Shown: one piece after another, positions 13,654 through 26,028 of the stretch
Position numbering within the stretch: position 1 is the stretch's first letter
Layout: each line of letters starts with the position of its first letter
DNA from: Lepidodermella squamata
Taxonomy: Eukaryota; Animalia; Gastrotricha
Length of the DNA: 64,000 bases
NCBI GenBank assembly: GCA_047495785.1
Contig: JBLDXI010000010.1
Location: forward strand, 1,674,001-1,738,000
Direction of reading: 5' to 3'
Notes under the pieces: model-generated
What the model was told of the DNA's origin: nothing
The model's input: only the letters and a program-made list of their open reading frames with translations
Databases searched by the model: none
Translations under genes and position numbers: made by a program

Positions 13654-14137
13654 TCATTGAAGTGAAGAATACGCCTGCCAAATAGGCTTTTCAATCAGCT
13701 CAATCGCCTTAGCAACAATCGATCCTTCCGAGCGGCGAAGACGTCTCATTAAGTCCGGGTCGAACAACAGATAATCACGAAGGCTTCCTCTTGAAGGTGC
13801 AAACTTGTGCTTTTGCAAATATTGAACAAAAGACAGTTGTAGCTCGTTTTCTTCGGCTTTAGTCCACTTTCGCCGTGATCGATCTAAATGAAATGAAATT
13901 GAACACAGCTCGTTGCGCATTACATTAATTACCAATATTTGCCATGACAATGTGACGTGGCGGCAGTTCTGGCCGCGGTCGAGGGAGATTCGTCGGCACA
14001 ATCAAGGGCAAGCCCAAGTCTTTCCAGGTTACCTTCTTGCTCGGTGGTTCCGAGACCGAGGCTGATCTTTCTAAAGTGGCCCCACGCTTTCGGCCACTAC
14101 GATTTCGATTCGGCGACGGATCGGTTGAACTTGACAT
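13654..14137 (-). CDS. Small two-exon Myb/SANT-like putative DNA-binding protein
   Basis: Frame-preserving intron 13884-13932; basic NLS-like N-terminus; RRKWTKAEENELQLSF. Confidence 0.55.
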
Positions 14138-14277
14138 TTTTATTTGCTTTTCTCACGAAGAATTTGAAGAAACTGAAGGGCTGGACAGACATTTAAACTA
14201 GTGCAATGCTATTAATAAATGAGTTCAATCCTAGCCAAGATGATACAAGCAAATAAACAAAAAGCACGCGATTGCAA

Positions 14278-15396
14278 TTAGTTTTGAATTTTCTGCAATT
14301 GCAAATGAAAAAATGTGTAGTGCTTGAAGTGATCAGAAAGCTTTACAGAGGAATGGGAAGGTTTTTTGTTCGAGTAGTTTGAGAAGAGAACGCTACTTGG
14401 GCCTTGTAAAAAAGGATCGAAGTGGAAAGGGTTTTTCACTGTAGAATGGTTTTTCGAAATTGGAATGGAAATTCCAATTTTTGTTGATGCGTTAGAAAAA
14501 GATCGGTTGGCAGTGTTTTTCAAAAAAGCATCGGGGGAATTTACCACCCCATTGATTACAACTGGAATTGAGTTGGAGCGAATAGGTTTGGGTTTAGGAG
14601 CGAATAAAGACTTTTGAGTAGAGCCTGTTATTATTACTGGAATAGATTGGCCTCAAGTAGCAGTAGTATTTTTTGAACTGCCAGGCGCAGATTTCTTAGA
14701 CTTCAGAGTATAGGCAGAGATTTTCGAGTCAGAAATATCAGGAATTTCACGTTTTTTTGCGTTAAATAATTTACGAGAAAAAACTATTTTTTCGGGGGCA
14801 CGCGCGTATTGCGGCATTTCATCAATGGAAGAGCAATTGTTTTTGTTGGTAAAGTGATCATGACAAAGCGGCGTAGCACACCCACAAACACACAATGCGA
14901 AAACTTCATTACCACAGGGGCAGAGAAGCAGCTTAGCAGTTTCGTTTACGACTACAAAATCCATAGTAGACTCGACAGGTTTGTCTCCCACGTGCTGATG
15001 GACGGCATCACCACCTACTGCTTCCTCGTCGGTCCCACCCGAAGGCGTTTTAGAACACGCATGAATCTCAGCCTCAGCGACAGGATTTCCTTCTGTGGGC
15101 TGCTCTACAGCCTCGCCAACCGATGATTCTTTGTCGGTCTTATTCGAACAAATTGTAGACGCCGCTGCGTGTTGACCTATCCAACTGTTCAATAGTCTAC
15201 GGCATTTCTCAGAGCAGATGATGACGATCTTTGGCTGATAAGTAGAAGTCTCCGACTTACACAGCTTCCGATTTGCATTGGTTATTGTCGTGAAATCGGT
15301 ATTACATAGGCCCATGCACGTATTGTGGAATAAGCTGTTACATATAATGCATGAAATGGCGTTTCCACAGCGTTTTTGGCACGCGTTACAACTCAT
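14278..15396 (-). pseudogene. PHD-finger plus second zinc-finger protein with one in-frame TGA at 14653-14655 (TE-borne ORF or LINE ORF1-like)
   Basis: CxxC..CxxC..FHxxC..CxxxC (C4HC3); CPC...CVCGCATPLCHDH; frame continues past the stop to 14278. Confidence 0.65.
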
Positions 15397-15399
15397 GAA

Positions 15400-15500
15400 A
15401 AGTGATTTAATCAAAATGAAAAAGTGGAAAGTGATGTTTTAATCAAAATGAAAAAGTGAAAAGTGTTTTAATCAAAATGAAAAAGTGAAAAGTGAAAAGT
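15400..15500. repeat. Short tandem repeat (about 30 bp, TTAATCAAAATGAAAAAGTG core) just upstream of the PHD ORF
   Basis: Three direct copies visible. Confidence 0.75.
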
Positions 15501-16757
15501 TTTAGAATTCGGATACCCTCAAAATCTCGGTATTTTTGGACAGCCAAAACTGCATTCTGCTCCTTTAGCGTATAACAGCGTAAAGTCGTTTTCAAAGTCG
15601 AAATTCGCAGAAAATTGAATTTGATGAATTCTTGATCGCCCTTTTAAGGAATATTGCTTTTCGATGTTGGCTATAAGTTTTGAGACTAGGGCACAGTTAT
15701 CTTGCATGGTCAGGACATTCTAGCAATTTGAAAATGGTCAACCTGAGATTGAAATTTCGATGATAGATAAAGACAAACTGATTTCAGAATTCTTCGGACG
15801 ACCTTTGCGACGCGGGCCGAATCGTTCGCGAACTTTAGGTTCGACAAAATCCCTGGGAAAAAGGGCCCAGTGGCCCCGGTGGTAGAAGAGGGTGATGACA
15901 CCAAAGTTATCCCCGCACTCGTTGGATAGGTTGCGATTATTCGTCAGTAAGAGTGTGTTATCATACAAGCTCTCGCCGATAGCCGCTCGTACTGAATTTT
16001 ATCTGACGAGGCGTCAGCCGAGTCCCAACAAGACGAGGCGTAGCCGAGGGGGTACGAGCGGCTATTGCAGAGAGCGAGGATGCATAACAATTCGTATACC
16101 ATTATACTTCCGTTTTGCAGGTCAAAGGTCACACGTGCACACGTGATCAAAACGGGTGATCAAAACACTAAACTAGGTTGTTGCTAGTGTGATAGTTTCG
16201 TCATTTCGTCGTTTCGTCTTTTCGTCACCATGAAAAAAAACATTTGGTTAGAAATAGATCCACTCAGCTCCGAGCGCGAAAGCTGGCCTTCGCCCTCGTC
16301 TTTCTGTATGGGTCACATTCACCGAAATTTAAGACCGAGTAGGTTGTTGTCTTCTTCGGTTCTTTTCCGAGAGCTAAAATTGAAAATTGAACATGGGCCC
16401 TGTGCTTAATTACAACTACGACTACAAACTTTAAACGTCATTGTTTTGCGGCAATACGAATTTGAATTGAATGAAATAGGAATTGAGCGACTTCGCCAAA
16501 AAACGAATTACTTGTCACCTATCACCTTGAAATGGATGTAAACAAGCCTAAATCCGAGTTATTCAACGACGTTAACGATATGTGGGGAATGATAACCTCA
16601 TTTCAAAACGAAGAGACCATAATATAATACAGTGGATGAGATTCAGAAAAATTGACCTATCTTTTCAGTTATAGCGCGGATAGGGTGTATATTTTCATAT
16701 TGCCCCAGCCCCATGATCCCTGGCCATGTTATTTTTGAAATGGCAAGTTTTCGAAAT

Positions 16758-17210
16758 ACCGTATTGCTGCAAATACTAACCCGGGCTTATGCAAAGTTGG
16801 AAGGCCGAAAATCACCCAAAACTGGGCTTCTATTCGAGGGTGGGCTTCTATTTGAGGGTGGGGTTATACAACTAGAGCTTCCGAAATTTCCAAGGACTTT
16901 GTTCATCAAACCATGAAATTGTCAAAATTTTCATCAAAAGATGCTTTAAAACCCAGAGCGCAAGCGCCGGAAAGGCTCAGCGTGACGTCTTCGTGTGCGA
17001 ATTAACGCCACTCACGTATTTGTTTAGCTCCGCACTTGAGTGAGGCCTCGGAGTCGCTACGACACTGTGCGGCGTAATCAAGTAACTCCCTAGCTAGCGG
17101 TCCTTCATCACCTGCGGGTTAAGGCCTTAAGCTTTAACCCGGGTTATTAAACGAGGGTGGGGTTATGTATCCGGCTCATCAATTTGCCTGGGTTATTAAA
17201 ACGGGGAGCC
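16758..17210. mobile_element. Degraded pogo/Tc1-like MITE fragment
   Basis: TACCGTA terminus and repeated TATTCGAGGGTGGG-like motifs; other end not found. Confidence 0.4.
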
Positions 17211-18518
17211 TTTTAGCCACTGATGTTCTTCTTGAATTCAAAATAATGAGTAATCAGCATTTACCACAGAATAAGCTAATAACAACGATTAGCCACGCCT
17301 ACTTATGTTTATTTTAATGAGAATAATGAAAATTTCTACTATGATGGCAGAGCGCATATTTGCTACCAGTACTTTTGGCCGGTCGAGGCACTTTTAACGG
17401 CCGGCTGGCCATTCGGCTCAGTAGCATTACGTGCGGCCGGTCGAGGCTTGTGCAGTCGGCGATTTGGTATTGTAGAGGTATTATAGAAAGAAGGCACCCA
17501 GCTCAAAAATATGCTCGAGTAATCGATAGATCTAGCCACCTTAATTTAATGGGGTAATTTTTCCTCGTAAAATGATCGAACTACCGAAAATCTGATCGAT
17601 GGACTATCCTGCTGGGTTGTTCCTCCTGGCGTGAGATGGTCATGAGTTCTCCATTTTGGTTTTGCAGCTTTTTAGTTGATAAAACGGAGAAATTTCATAA
17701 ACCTTGGACCTGTTTTCTATCAGGAACATGCAATGGAAATTGCGTTTTAAACCTTTTTACCTTTCACCTTTCCCTTTTGACCTCATCTTGAACTTAACTT
17801 GGAATCTATTTAAAAAGTGTGGAACCATGGGTATACAAGGTATACAATTTTGCATTCAAGAAATCCGAAAGACTGTACAAGAAAGGGGAACAAGGAATAA
17901 TGATTAGAATCGAGATGGCTGGGTTGCAATTTCGGGTTTTGGCTTTCAGGTAGTCTCATAAAATGTTCTGCATCATCCACCGTAAATATGAGAATAGTTT
18001 TCAAGTTTGAATTTTCTCGTCAAAATCTTGATTTTGAGAAAAAAGAATATGTTAACAAAGAAAATCTGTTGATTTGGCAGATGGCTTGTAAAAATATTCC
18101 GGCAGTGTGGCCGGTTAGGGCATTTCCGGCAGCCAAAATTTCTGGTAGTTGAATAGGTTAAAAAAATTAATTAATAAAAAGACAAAAATGAATTGCTGAA
18201 CGTTGATAAATTTCACGGAATAAATTAGATACTTAATTCACGGATTCAGCGAAAAAATTAGGTTATTGTGTATATTTGAAGAAGAACTGCCATAGACAAC
18301 TCTATACAGATCGGAAACTAGCGATCTTCCTATAGTAAATAAATTCACACCAAAACGTGAAAAAGTGGGCACGCGACCTTCATTTTTATTCACTCATCGC
18401 CCTATCCGCCCATTGTAATTTTTCCGATTTTTAATTATTTTCCGAAATTCCCGGAGAAAATCTTTCATTTCCCAAAAATGTTAAACAAATTTACCGCAAT
18501 ACTAGAAGCGCTCCTCCA

Positions 18519-19083
18519 TCGAATGAGTCCCGTCTCATAAGACGGTTTTTTTCTAACTTTTTTAAAATTATCTCAAAGTTGGTTACTTTTACGAAAAATC
18601 GCCATTTCAAGAGTCTTTCAGGACGGTAAACATTTTCATTTTAAGCCGAAAAATTACGAGAAAAATACTATGATCTTATTCGATTTTTGCTCTATCCAAC
18701 GATATAAAACTTGAGCGAATCAGATTTTTTTTTAATTTCGCGACATTTGCATTCGCTTGATAATACTTTGAGCGTGCTAAAAATAGCTACAAAAAACCCT
18801 ACAGCTATTTTTAGAAAAGCGTTATCACGCAAATTCCCAATATTACAAGTCCGAAAATGTCGCGAAATAAAAAAAAATCTGATTCGCTCAAGTTTTATAT
18901 CGTTGGATAGAGCAAAAATCGAATAAGATCATAGTATTTTTCTCGTAATTTTTCGGCTTAAAATGAAAATGTTTACCGTCCTGAAAGACTCTTGAAATGG
19001 CGATTTTTCGTAAAAGTAACCAACTTTGAGATAATTTTAAAAAAGTTAGAAAAAAACCGTCTCATGAGACAGGACTCATTCGA
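18519..19083. mobile_element. Foldback element with near-perfect inverted arms of about 230 bp
   Basis: 18519-18748 is the reverse complement of 18855-19083 with few mismatches. Confidence 0.9.
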
Positions 19084-19088
19084 ATTAG

Positions 19089-19370
19089 TGCAAAACGACT
19101 TCTGAGCAAACGAAATTAGAGCAAAACGACTTTGAGCAAAACGAGATTAGAGCAAAACGACACGAGAGCAAATTTTATTTACAATAAATAACAGCTGCAA
19201 TTAATTATTAAATTTGCTCTCGTGTCGTTTTGCTCAAAAGTCATTTTGCTCTAATTTCGTTTGCTCAGAAGTCGTTTTGCTCTAATTTCGTTTGCTCTAA
19301 TATCGTTGCTCAAAAGCCCTTGCTCAATTTTCGTTGCTCAATTTTCGTTTGCTCAATTGGCATAGAACCG
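19089..19370. repeat. Foldback element made of about 15-bp GAGCAAAACGA units in inverted arrays
   Basis: GAGCAAA(A)CG units on the left and TCGTTTTGCTC units on the right. Confidence 0.8.
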
Positions 19371-21721
19371 ATTTCAAATATTCTATGGCCTTGAAACGTA
19401 TCAGTAAGTTTATTTGTGTCTAGTGCCAGTTCTAAAGGTAGGGAAGACACAGCGGCCATTAAATATTCGTTTGGCGTTGAATCTTTGTTTTCGGAGACAG
19501 CTTTTTGCAAAGCTTCGAGCAACTGTCAAAGTGAATTTGACTGAACAGCCCAACTTGCACAACTTGCATTTTCCCAGACGAATAACCTGTTTTCTTGCAA
19601 ACCAATTCCTCTCTTAAATGCGCAACTCCCAATCTCAATCTTTTGGTCATCTTCAGTGAACCGTCGATTCTGTCGATTTGGTCGTTTAGGAATCAAATTC
19701 GAGAAATCTTGTTGATAGCGTTAGGAAGTATTGCATCGTGTAATCGTTTTCGCGCCTGATAGCCCACTCTTCCTGTTGCAACAACGTCGACTAATAGCTT
19801 GAAGTAATCTCCAGTCAAATCATCTTCGATAAATGAGTCCGCTAGCAACTCCACATCGTCATTTGATTCTTGATTCTTCTGCGTATTCCCGCGATGTTCC
19901 CGCCATTAAAAACCGACATTGTAAGCACTTCTGTTGGCCTGATGAGAGCCATTTGTAGTCTAGTGTTAGAAAACACGAATGTTCACCTCACAGTTTACTA
20001 CTGGCAACTATACTATTATCAATTGAATGAGACGCTAATACAATTCGCGCATGGGCTTCGATTTGAATATTTTTGATAAGCGCTTCCACACTCGCATCGC
20101 AAGCAAAGATTCGAATTAAGTAGTTCTCATTAATCCCTTCACGGTGGGAAGGGCGAATTCGGAATTTCGACTTGGGTAATTCACAGTTCCATCGATTTAA
20201 CGATATTTTATATCCCCATCGGCATAATACTACCTTCGGATGTTGCCCGCAGGAAATTGAAACTCAAATGTTATTATCTCTTCCCTTCTCGGAATACGGT
20301 TAATTTACAATTTCAAACCGATGCAATTTTTTCAAATGCGTAAAACAATGTCTCGGTATTTTTTCTTCTCTATCTGACATTACAGGCGTGTCGAGCAGGG
20401 TCCAGTTGACTTCTCATTTTGTTTTTCTGTAATTTCATTGAAAAATAAGGGGGTTTTAAAATTATAGTGAAGTCAGAAATTGATGGGGAAAATGCGCATC
20501 AGTTCTTAGAATCGCATAAGATTGCCGATTATCCGACTACTTCCTTAATTTGCTCGAAAATTCAAAAATTTGATTTTTTTGCCTAGCTGAAAACAAAATT
20601 CCGCCGTGAAAGGGCTGATCGTTTTGTTAAAAACAACGTGAAACGCGATAAAAACCGTAACGCCGCCTTATAATATGTATGTATGTAGCAGCAATCAGCG
20701 AAAATTGCGAGGTTTCGTGGATGACTACTATATTTTTCCGCTGAATATCAGTGCCAAGGACCTGCCAAATGGTTCTAAGGGTTGAACATTAACAATTGCT
20801 GGCTAAATTATTCCGAATGATCGGAAAATTCCGTCAAATATGTAAAAATGTTTCCTGTTTTATAGAATTATGCGACGGTTATAAATAATCTAGCCACAAG
20901 AATTTATTTTTCACCCAACATAATGAATGGTTTGCTTCTCGACTTCGATTTTCAACAACAAAATGTCATCAACATCCACGAAATTAACTTGTTACACCAA
21001 TTCATTAGTAATTACTGACAAACTTGAATTTCAATCATTTTTTGAGGAGGAGAATAGGTCATCGATTGGAACTATGTCATCTCAGCGTTAATTGGTCCAT
21101 GCAGTGCCTCTTATCCTTTCAACATGAGTGAATTTTCATCTTCAGATGAAATACTAATTAATCAGCCGCTCAACGACGGATGCGAGCATCAAGCCAAGTC
21201 AGATTTTCCCTCAAAAAACTCGTTTTTCGAAAAAACCAGCCAACAAAATAAAAGGGAATCTCAGGCAAACATTTAATGAAGGGCTATCGCATACGATGGT
21301 CTTACAAAATACCAGCATCATCCACGAAAATCTAAAAAAATTTCAATTAAACCACATCAAATTCGTTAAGGCTCGAAGTAAAAAAGCGGTACGGCAGTAC
21401 TCTTATGTGTGCGCAGTATATTCATAAACAGAACGCGCGCTTTGGCGCAGCATATAATAGCATAAATGTTAGCGCACGCGATGTAATACAATGGAATGTA
21501 TGGTCAATCAAAAGCAGTTATTATGCCGCAATACCGATATGAACGAACTAGGGATGTCGTTATAATCATCAGTACGCACCCGAAAGATTATGTAAATAAA
21601 AAAATAAAAAAAATGCTGACGATACGGGCGAGTTGGGCTGTGCTGGCAGAATAAAAAAATGTAAAGGCCTCTTGCGTAACAGACGATTTATTCGAAAAAG
21701 TAACCCATGCCACTTCGTTTT

Positions 21722-24611
21722 TCAATGTGAGAGGGAATTAAAGATCTTGTGAGTCTCGTTTTTACGCTCTATAGGTATCCAAGGCACACTGTTGACTAAA
21801 TCATACGGTATTTCTCCATTGTTGTCTTTAATTGTAACCGAAGCGCTACATCTGTCTATCAGCAACTTCACGACTGAAGCCTGACAAAACTCTGCAGCAT
21901 AATGCAAAGGCGTCCGGCCGTATTTATTACCAGCTTCCGCATCCGCTCCGTATTTGTCGATCAGCAACTGCACGACTGGAGCGTGGCCATTCCATGCAGC
22001 ATAATACAAAGGCGTCTGGTCGTCTCTATCCCAAGCTTTCGCGTTAGCTCCGTATTTGTCGATCAGCAACTGCACGACTGAAGCGTGGCCTTTCTCTGCA
22101 GCCAAGTGCAAAGGCCTCTGGCCGTATATATTACCAGCTTTCGCATCCGCTTCGTATTTGTCGATCAGCAACTCGACGACTGTCTTGTGGCCATTTTGTG
22201 CAGCCATATGCAAAGGCGTAGAGCCCTCTTCACAACCAGCTCTCGTATCCGCTCCGTATTTGTCGATCAGCAACTCGATGACTGGAGCATGGCCACCTTG
22301 TGCAGCATAATGCAAAGGCGTCCGGCGGTAATTATCACCAGCTTTCGCATCAGCTCCGTATTTGTCGATCAGCAACTCGACGACTGTCTTGTGGCCATTT
22401 TGTGCAGCCATATGCAAAAGCGTAGAGCCCTCTTTACAACCAGCTCTCGCATCCGCTCCGTATTTGTCGATCAGCAACTCGACGACTGAAACGTGGCCTT
22501 TCTCTGCAGCCAAATGCAAAGGCGTCTTGCTAGCATAATTCAAATTGCAATCAACATTTAGATCGCCTGCGTAATTAGCAAGCATTCGGCAAACCCGACG
22601 CAGAAAGCCATTTTCAGCACATCTCAACAGCTCCTGTGATTTTGGTGAAGATACATTAAGAATGAGATCATTTCAATTCAAGCTCAACCTTCTCTGCATC
22701 CTCAATGCTTTCTGGTAGCGGGTCAACATCCAATCTAGAAGCTTCCGTGATCAGTTGTTCTGCTGCTGGTCTCTTCCGTGGATTGTCACTGGGATCACTC
22801 ATCATCGAGATAACTAGTTTACTGGTCTCCTCTGAATATCCAATCAGTCCAGGCAACTGTCTGAAATTAGAGTTTGGGCTTTAATACCTAAAGCGGCAAC
22901 AACATAGCGTGTGCTCACTGTGACAATTTAAGCGCTTTGTGATGCTCTGATGTGTTATTTTCAGCGTTCTCACCGTTGAACTGGCCCAAACCAAAATTCA
23001 ATCAGAAAGAAAATTATTGATGATTGATTCCTACCGGTCTACGGCCGCTTGCAACTTCGTAGAGAGTAACTCCCAGTGACCAAATATCGCAAGGCTTCGT
23101 GTACTCCAGGCGAATAAAAACAGCAGGCGATGCATAGTCGTAAGTTTTCAATACCGCCGTAACGTAAGGTCGTTTGATACTTGAAATGAACTCGTCAATA
23201 AAGTAGCCTTTACGATTGTAAATGAGCATACGCAATCAAGTTTTTGGTCAGTCCGAACCCGCCAATTTTGGGAATCTTTCTATCCTCACTAAGGTAGATG
23301 TTTCTCGGAGTGATGTCGCGATGAATGATATCCTTGTCATGGAGGACCTGGACGGCTAGCAAAAGCTGAAAAATCCAGTCAGCAAACTGATCTTCAGGAA
23401 TTCTCTGGGCTACATGTATGTAGGCCTCCAATGTGCCATGTGGGCAATATTCCATGACCAAGTAATACATCTCACAACCTGCCTTTGCCGTATCAGCCCC
23501 CTGATATTCCTCTGCAGTGGAAAGAATGACTTTTTCACAACAATTTGCGTTAAAAGTTAAAACGGCTCACCTCTAAACGCGCCGAAAATCTTCACAAGGA
23601 ATATATCACTAATATTCGCCAGTTTAGCATGCTATGAGGGGATCGGAATTTAAAAAAAAACTCTCCCGAACAAAAAAAGGCACCCTGTTTAAGAGTTTTT
23701 TGGGTTCGCATTATTTTTTACGGGTTTTGTGGCTATTTTTTTCATCGCCAACGATGATTCATTCAGTCATTTGGAGGTTTTATTGCTGTTATTGGAGTAT
23801 TTTTGTCTAAGTGCGAGAAAAGCCCAAAATAGTAGACGGCGCGTGCCAGTTTTTTGCGAGGTTGATCGTCATGAAAAAATTGCACAGTGATATCACGAAA
23901 AAAATACGACTTTTTCTGCCATTCATAGAGTGGCGTTTTTTTCGACTGATATCGACCCTGTGATTTTAATTGCTGTTTTGGGGTTCTTTAGGATTTAATT
24001 TGAAATTAGCGTAAAAATGTCGAGATTTTTTGCAATGTCAAGAAATCTCGTAAATGAAATATGGACTTGGCGTCGCAAAAACAACCAAGTCCAAAGTGCA
24101 AGTTATTTATAAACCAATAAAAACAACAGCATTTATGTGATCGCTGGTGGCGTAGTTGGTGAGGCGTTGGGCTGGTGCATCAATGTTCGATGGTTCAACC
24201 CCCGCCAGAGACACATTTTTAATTAATTAATTAAGCAATTATTTGAATCAAATTACGATATTTCTAGCTATTTGTATATTCTCGACATATTACGCTAATT
24301 TCAAATTAAATCCCAAAAAACCCTACTTAGAAAACACGTAAAAAAACACGAGAAAAGTCGCATTTGATAAACTTTTTTTTGTTCGGGCTGGTAGACATAA
24401 TTGAAATAACCTCTTCCAAACTGCTTTTAACGATTGTATCAACGTATTTTTCGCCGAATCGTTCGTCTTCTCGCATGGCGGTTAAGTTCACTTCTTTGAC
24501 AGCGAAATCTTCGCATCCGCATTTAGCGAGAAATACTTCGCCGAATTCCCCAGATTTACCGAGGCTTTTGACAATGGTGAATTCTTTGAATGAAGTAAAC
24601 TTAAGGGGCAT
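21722..24611 (-). CDS. Multi-exon N-terminal (pseudo)kinase fused to about 8 C-terminal ankyrin repeats; intactness uncertain
   Basis: GKSGEFGEV, FAVKE, LVMEYC, HRDITPRN, KIGGFG and DIWSLG motifs; 34-aa TPLH ankyrin units at 21722-22627. Confidence 0.85.
23665..24387. mobile_element. Non-autonomous CACTA/EnSpm-like DNA transposon, copy 1 (intron 1 of the kinase gene)
   Basis: TIR CCCGAACAAAAAA / TTTTTTGTTCGGG; 2-bp TSD CT; near-identical to 25306-26028. Confidence 0.85.
24141..24211 (+). other. tRNA-derived cassette inside the DNA transposon (pseudo-tRNA, GGT at the anticodon position)
   Basis: A box TGGCGTAGTTGG; B box GGTTCAACCCC; imperfect stems. Confidence 0.6.
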
Positions 24612-25305
24612 TTTCTTCCTGATACAGTACCCTTTTACAGAAAAAATATAAATTTTGAAAAACTGAAAGGTGACGCACAGTATGACAGTACAACAGAATA
24701 GCTACATCAGAGTTTAACTAAAACGTAGCCTGAGTAAACCAAGACGTGTAATGTGCCGTTGAGATAACTGAATGATAAGTATATTTCTAGAGAAGTGAGG
24801 GGAGAGAGGTAATAATATATTTGTACACATTTTTGATAGGCATGAAATGCACAATTCAACCCACTGTGAACTGGAATCTAAATCATTTTCCGTAATGCGA
24901 CGAAAAAACGGCGATAAAACGCGTCGCAACATCAGCAGCGCCGAAAGAGTAGGAACTGATAACAAATGAATGCGGCCACGGTCAGTTATTTGCAACAGAG
25001 AGCGAAGTAGGACAGCAGAACTGGCTAGGATAAGGAAAATTGACATACGAGCCCCCCCCCATTTGGTGTTTGGCTGAGTTCTTTCAGCGGGCCAATCGAA
25101 CTGGTAGGGATAAACCTCACTATCCCTAGCGGTGCCTGGCTTTCTGGTTTGTAAAACATTTCAGCAGCTTGAATACCGGAATCACTTCAAATTTATAACA
25201 CCGTAGACTGATTTACTGAGAGATCTTAAGGTCGAAAGTAGAATCTTGTAAACCAGTGGTTCGCAAACACCTTTCCACAGGTGCACAAGAGTGGCGCACG
25301 GTCCA

Positions 25306-26028
25306 CCCGAACAAAAAAGTGCACACTGTTTAAGAGTTTTTTGGGTTCGCATTATTTTTTACGGGTTTTGTGGCTATTTTTTTCATCGCCAACGATGATT
25401 CATTCAGTCATTTGGAGGTTTTATTGCTGTTATTGGAGTATTTTTGTCATAGTGCGAGAAATGCCCAAAAAAGTAGACGGCACGTGCCAGTTTTTTGCGA
25501 GGTTGATCGTCATGAAAAAATTGCACAGTGATATCACGTAAAAAATATGACTTTTTCTGGCATTCATTAAGTGGCGTTTTTTTCGACTGATATGGACCCT
25601 GTGATTTTAATTGCTGTTTTGGGGTTCTTTAGGATTTAATTTGAAATTAGCGTAAAAATGTCGAGATTTTTTGCAATGTCAAGAAATCTCGAAAATGAAA
25701 TATGGACTTGGCGTCGCAAAAACAACCAAGTCCAAAGTGCAATTTATTTATAAACCAATAAAAACAACAACATTTATGTGATCGCTGGTGGCGTAGTTGG
25801 TGAGGCGTTGGGCTGGTGCATCAATGTTCGATGGTTCAACCCCCGCCAGAGACACATTTTTAATTAATTAATTAAGCAATTATTTGAATCAAATTACGAT
25901 ATTTCTAGCTATTTGTATATTCTCGACATATTACGCTAATTTCAAATTAAATCCCAAAAAACCCTACTTAGAAAACACGTAAAAAAACACGAGAAAAGTC
26001 GCATTTGATAAACTTTTTTTTGTTCGGG
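25306..26028. mobile_element. Non-autonomous CACTA/EnSpm-like DNA transposon, copy 2
   Basis: Same TIRs; 2-bp TSD CA; tRNA-like cassette at 25782-25852. Confidence 0.85.

Noticed and set aside
15519-15968. Possible OTU-like (LFYHRGHW) and AT-hook (KGRPK) fragments
   Set aside because: Short motifs in broken frames with no catalytic Cys region
19360-19952. Degraded minus-strand coding-like sequence with vague SAM-like similarity (LADSFIEDDLTG..RKRLHDAI)
   Set aside because: Frameshifted and stopped; similarity too weak without a profile search
22056-22489. Repetitive plus-strand ORFs
   Set aside because: Antisense shadows of the ankyrin array
21800-22530. Repeat-spacer pattern resembling a CRISPR array
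   Set aside because: In-frame 102-bp ankyrin coding units in a eukaryotic gene; no cas genes
24141-24211. Functional tRNA-Thr gene
   Set aside because: Mismatched acceptor, anticodon and T stems; embedded in a repeated transposon
25040-25065. tRNA-Pro primer-binding-site-like TGGGGG..GCTCGT on the minus strand
   Set aside because: No convincing LTR pair or gag/pol sequence nearby
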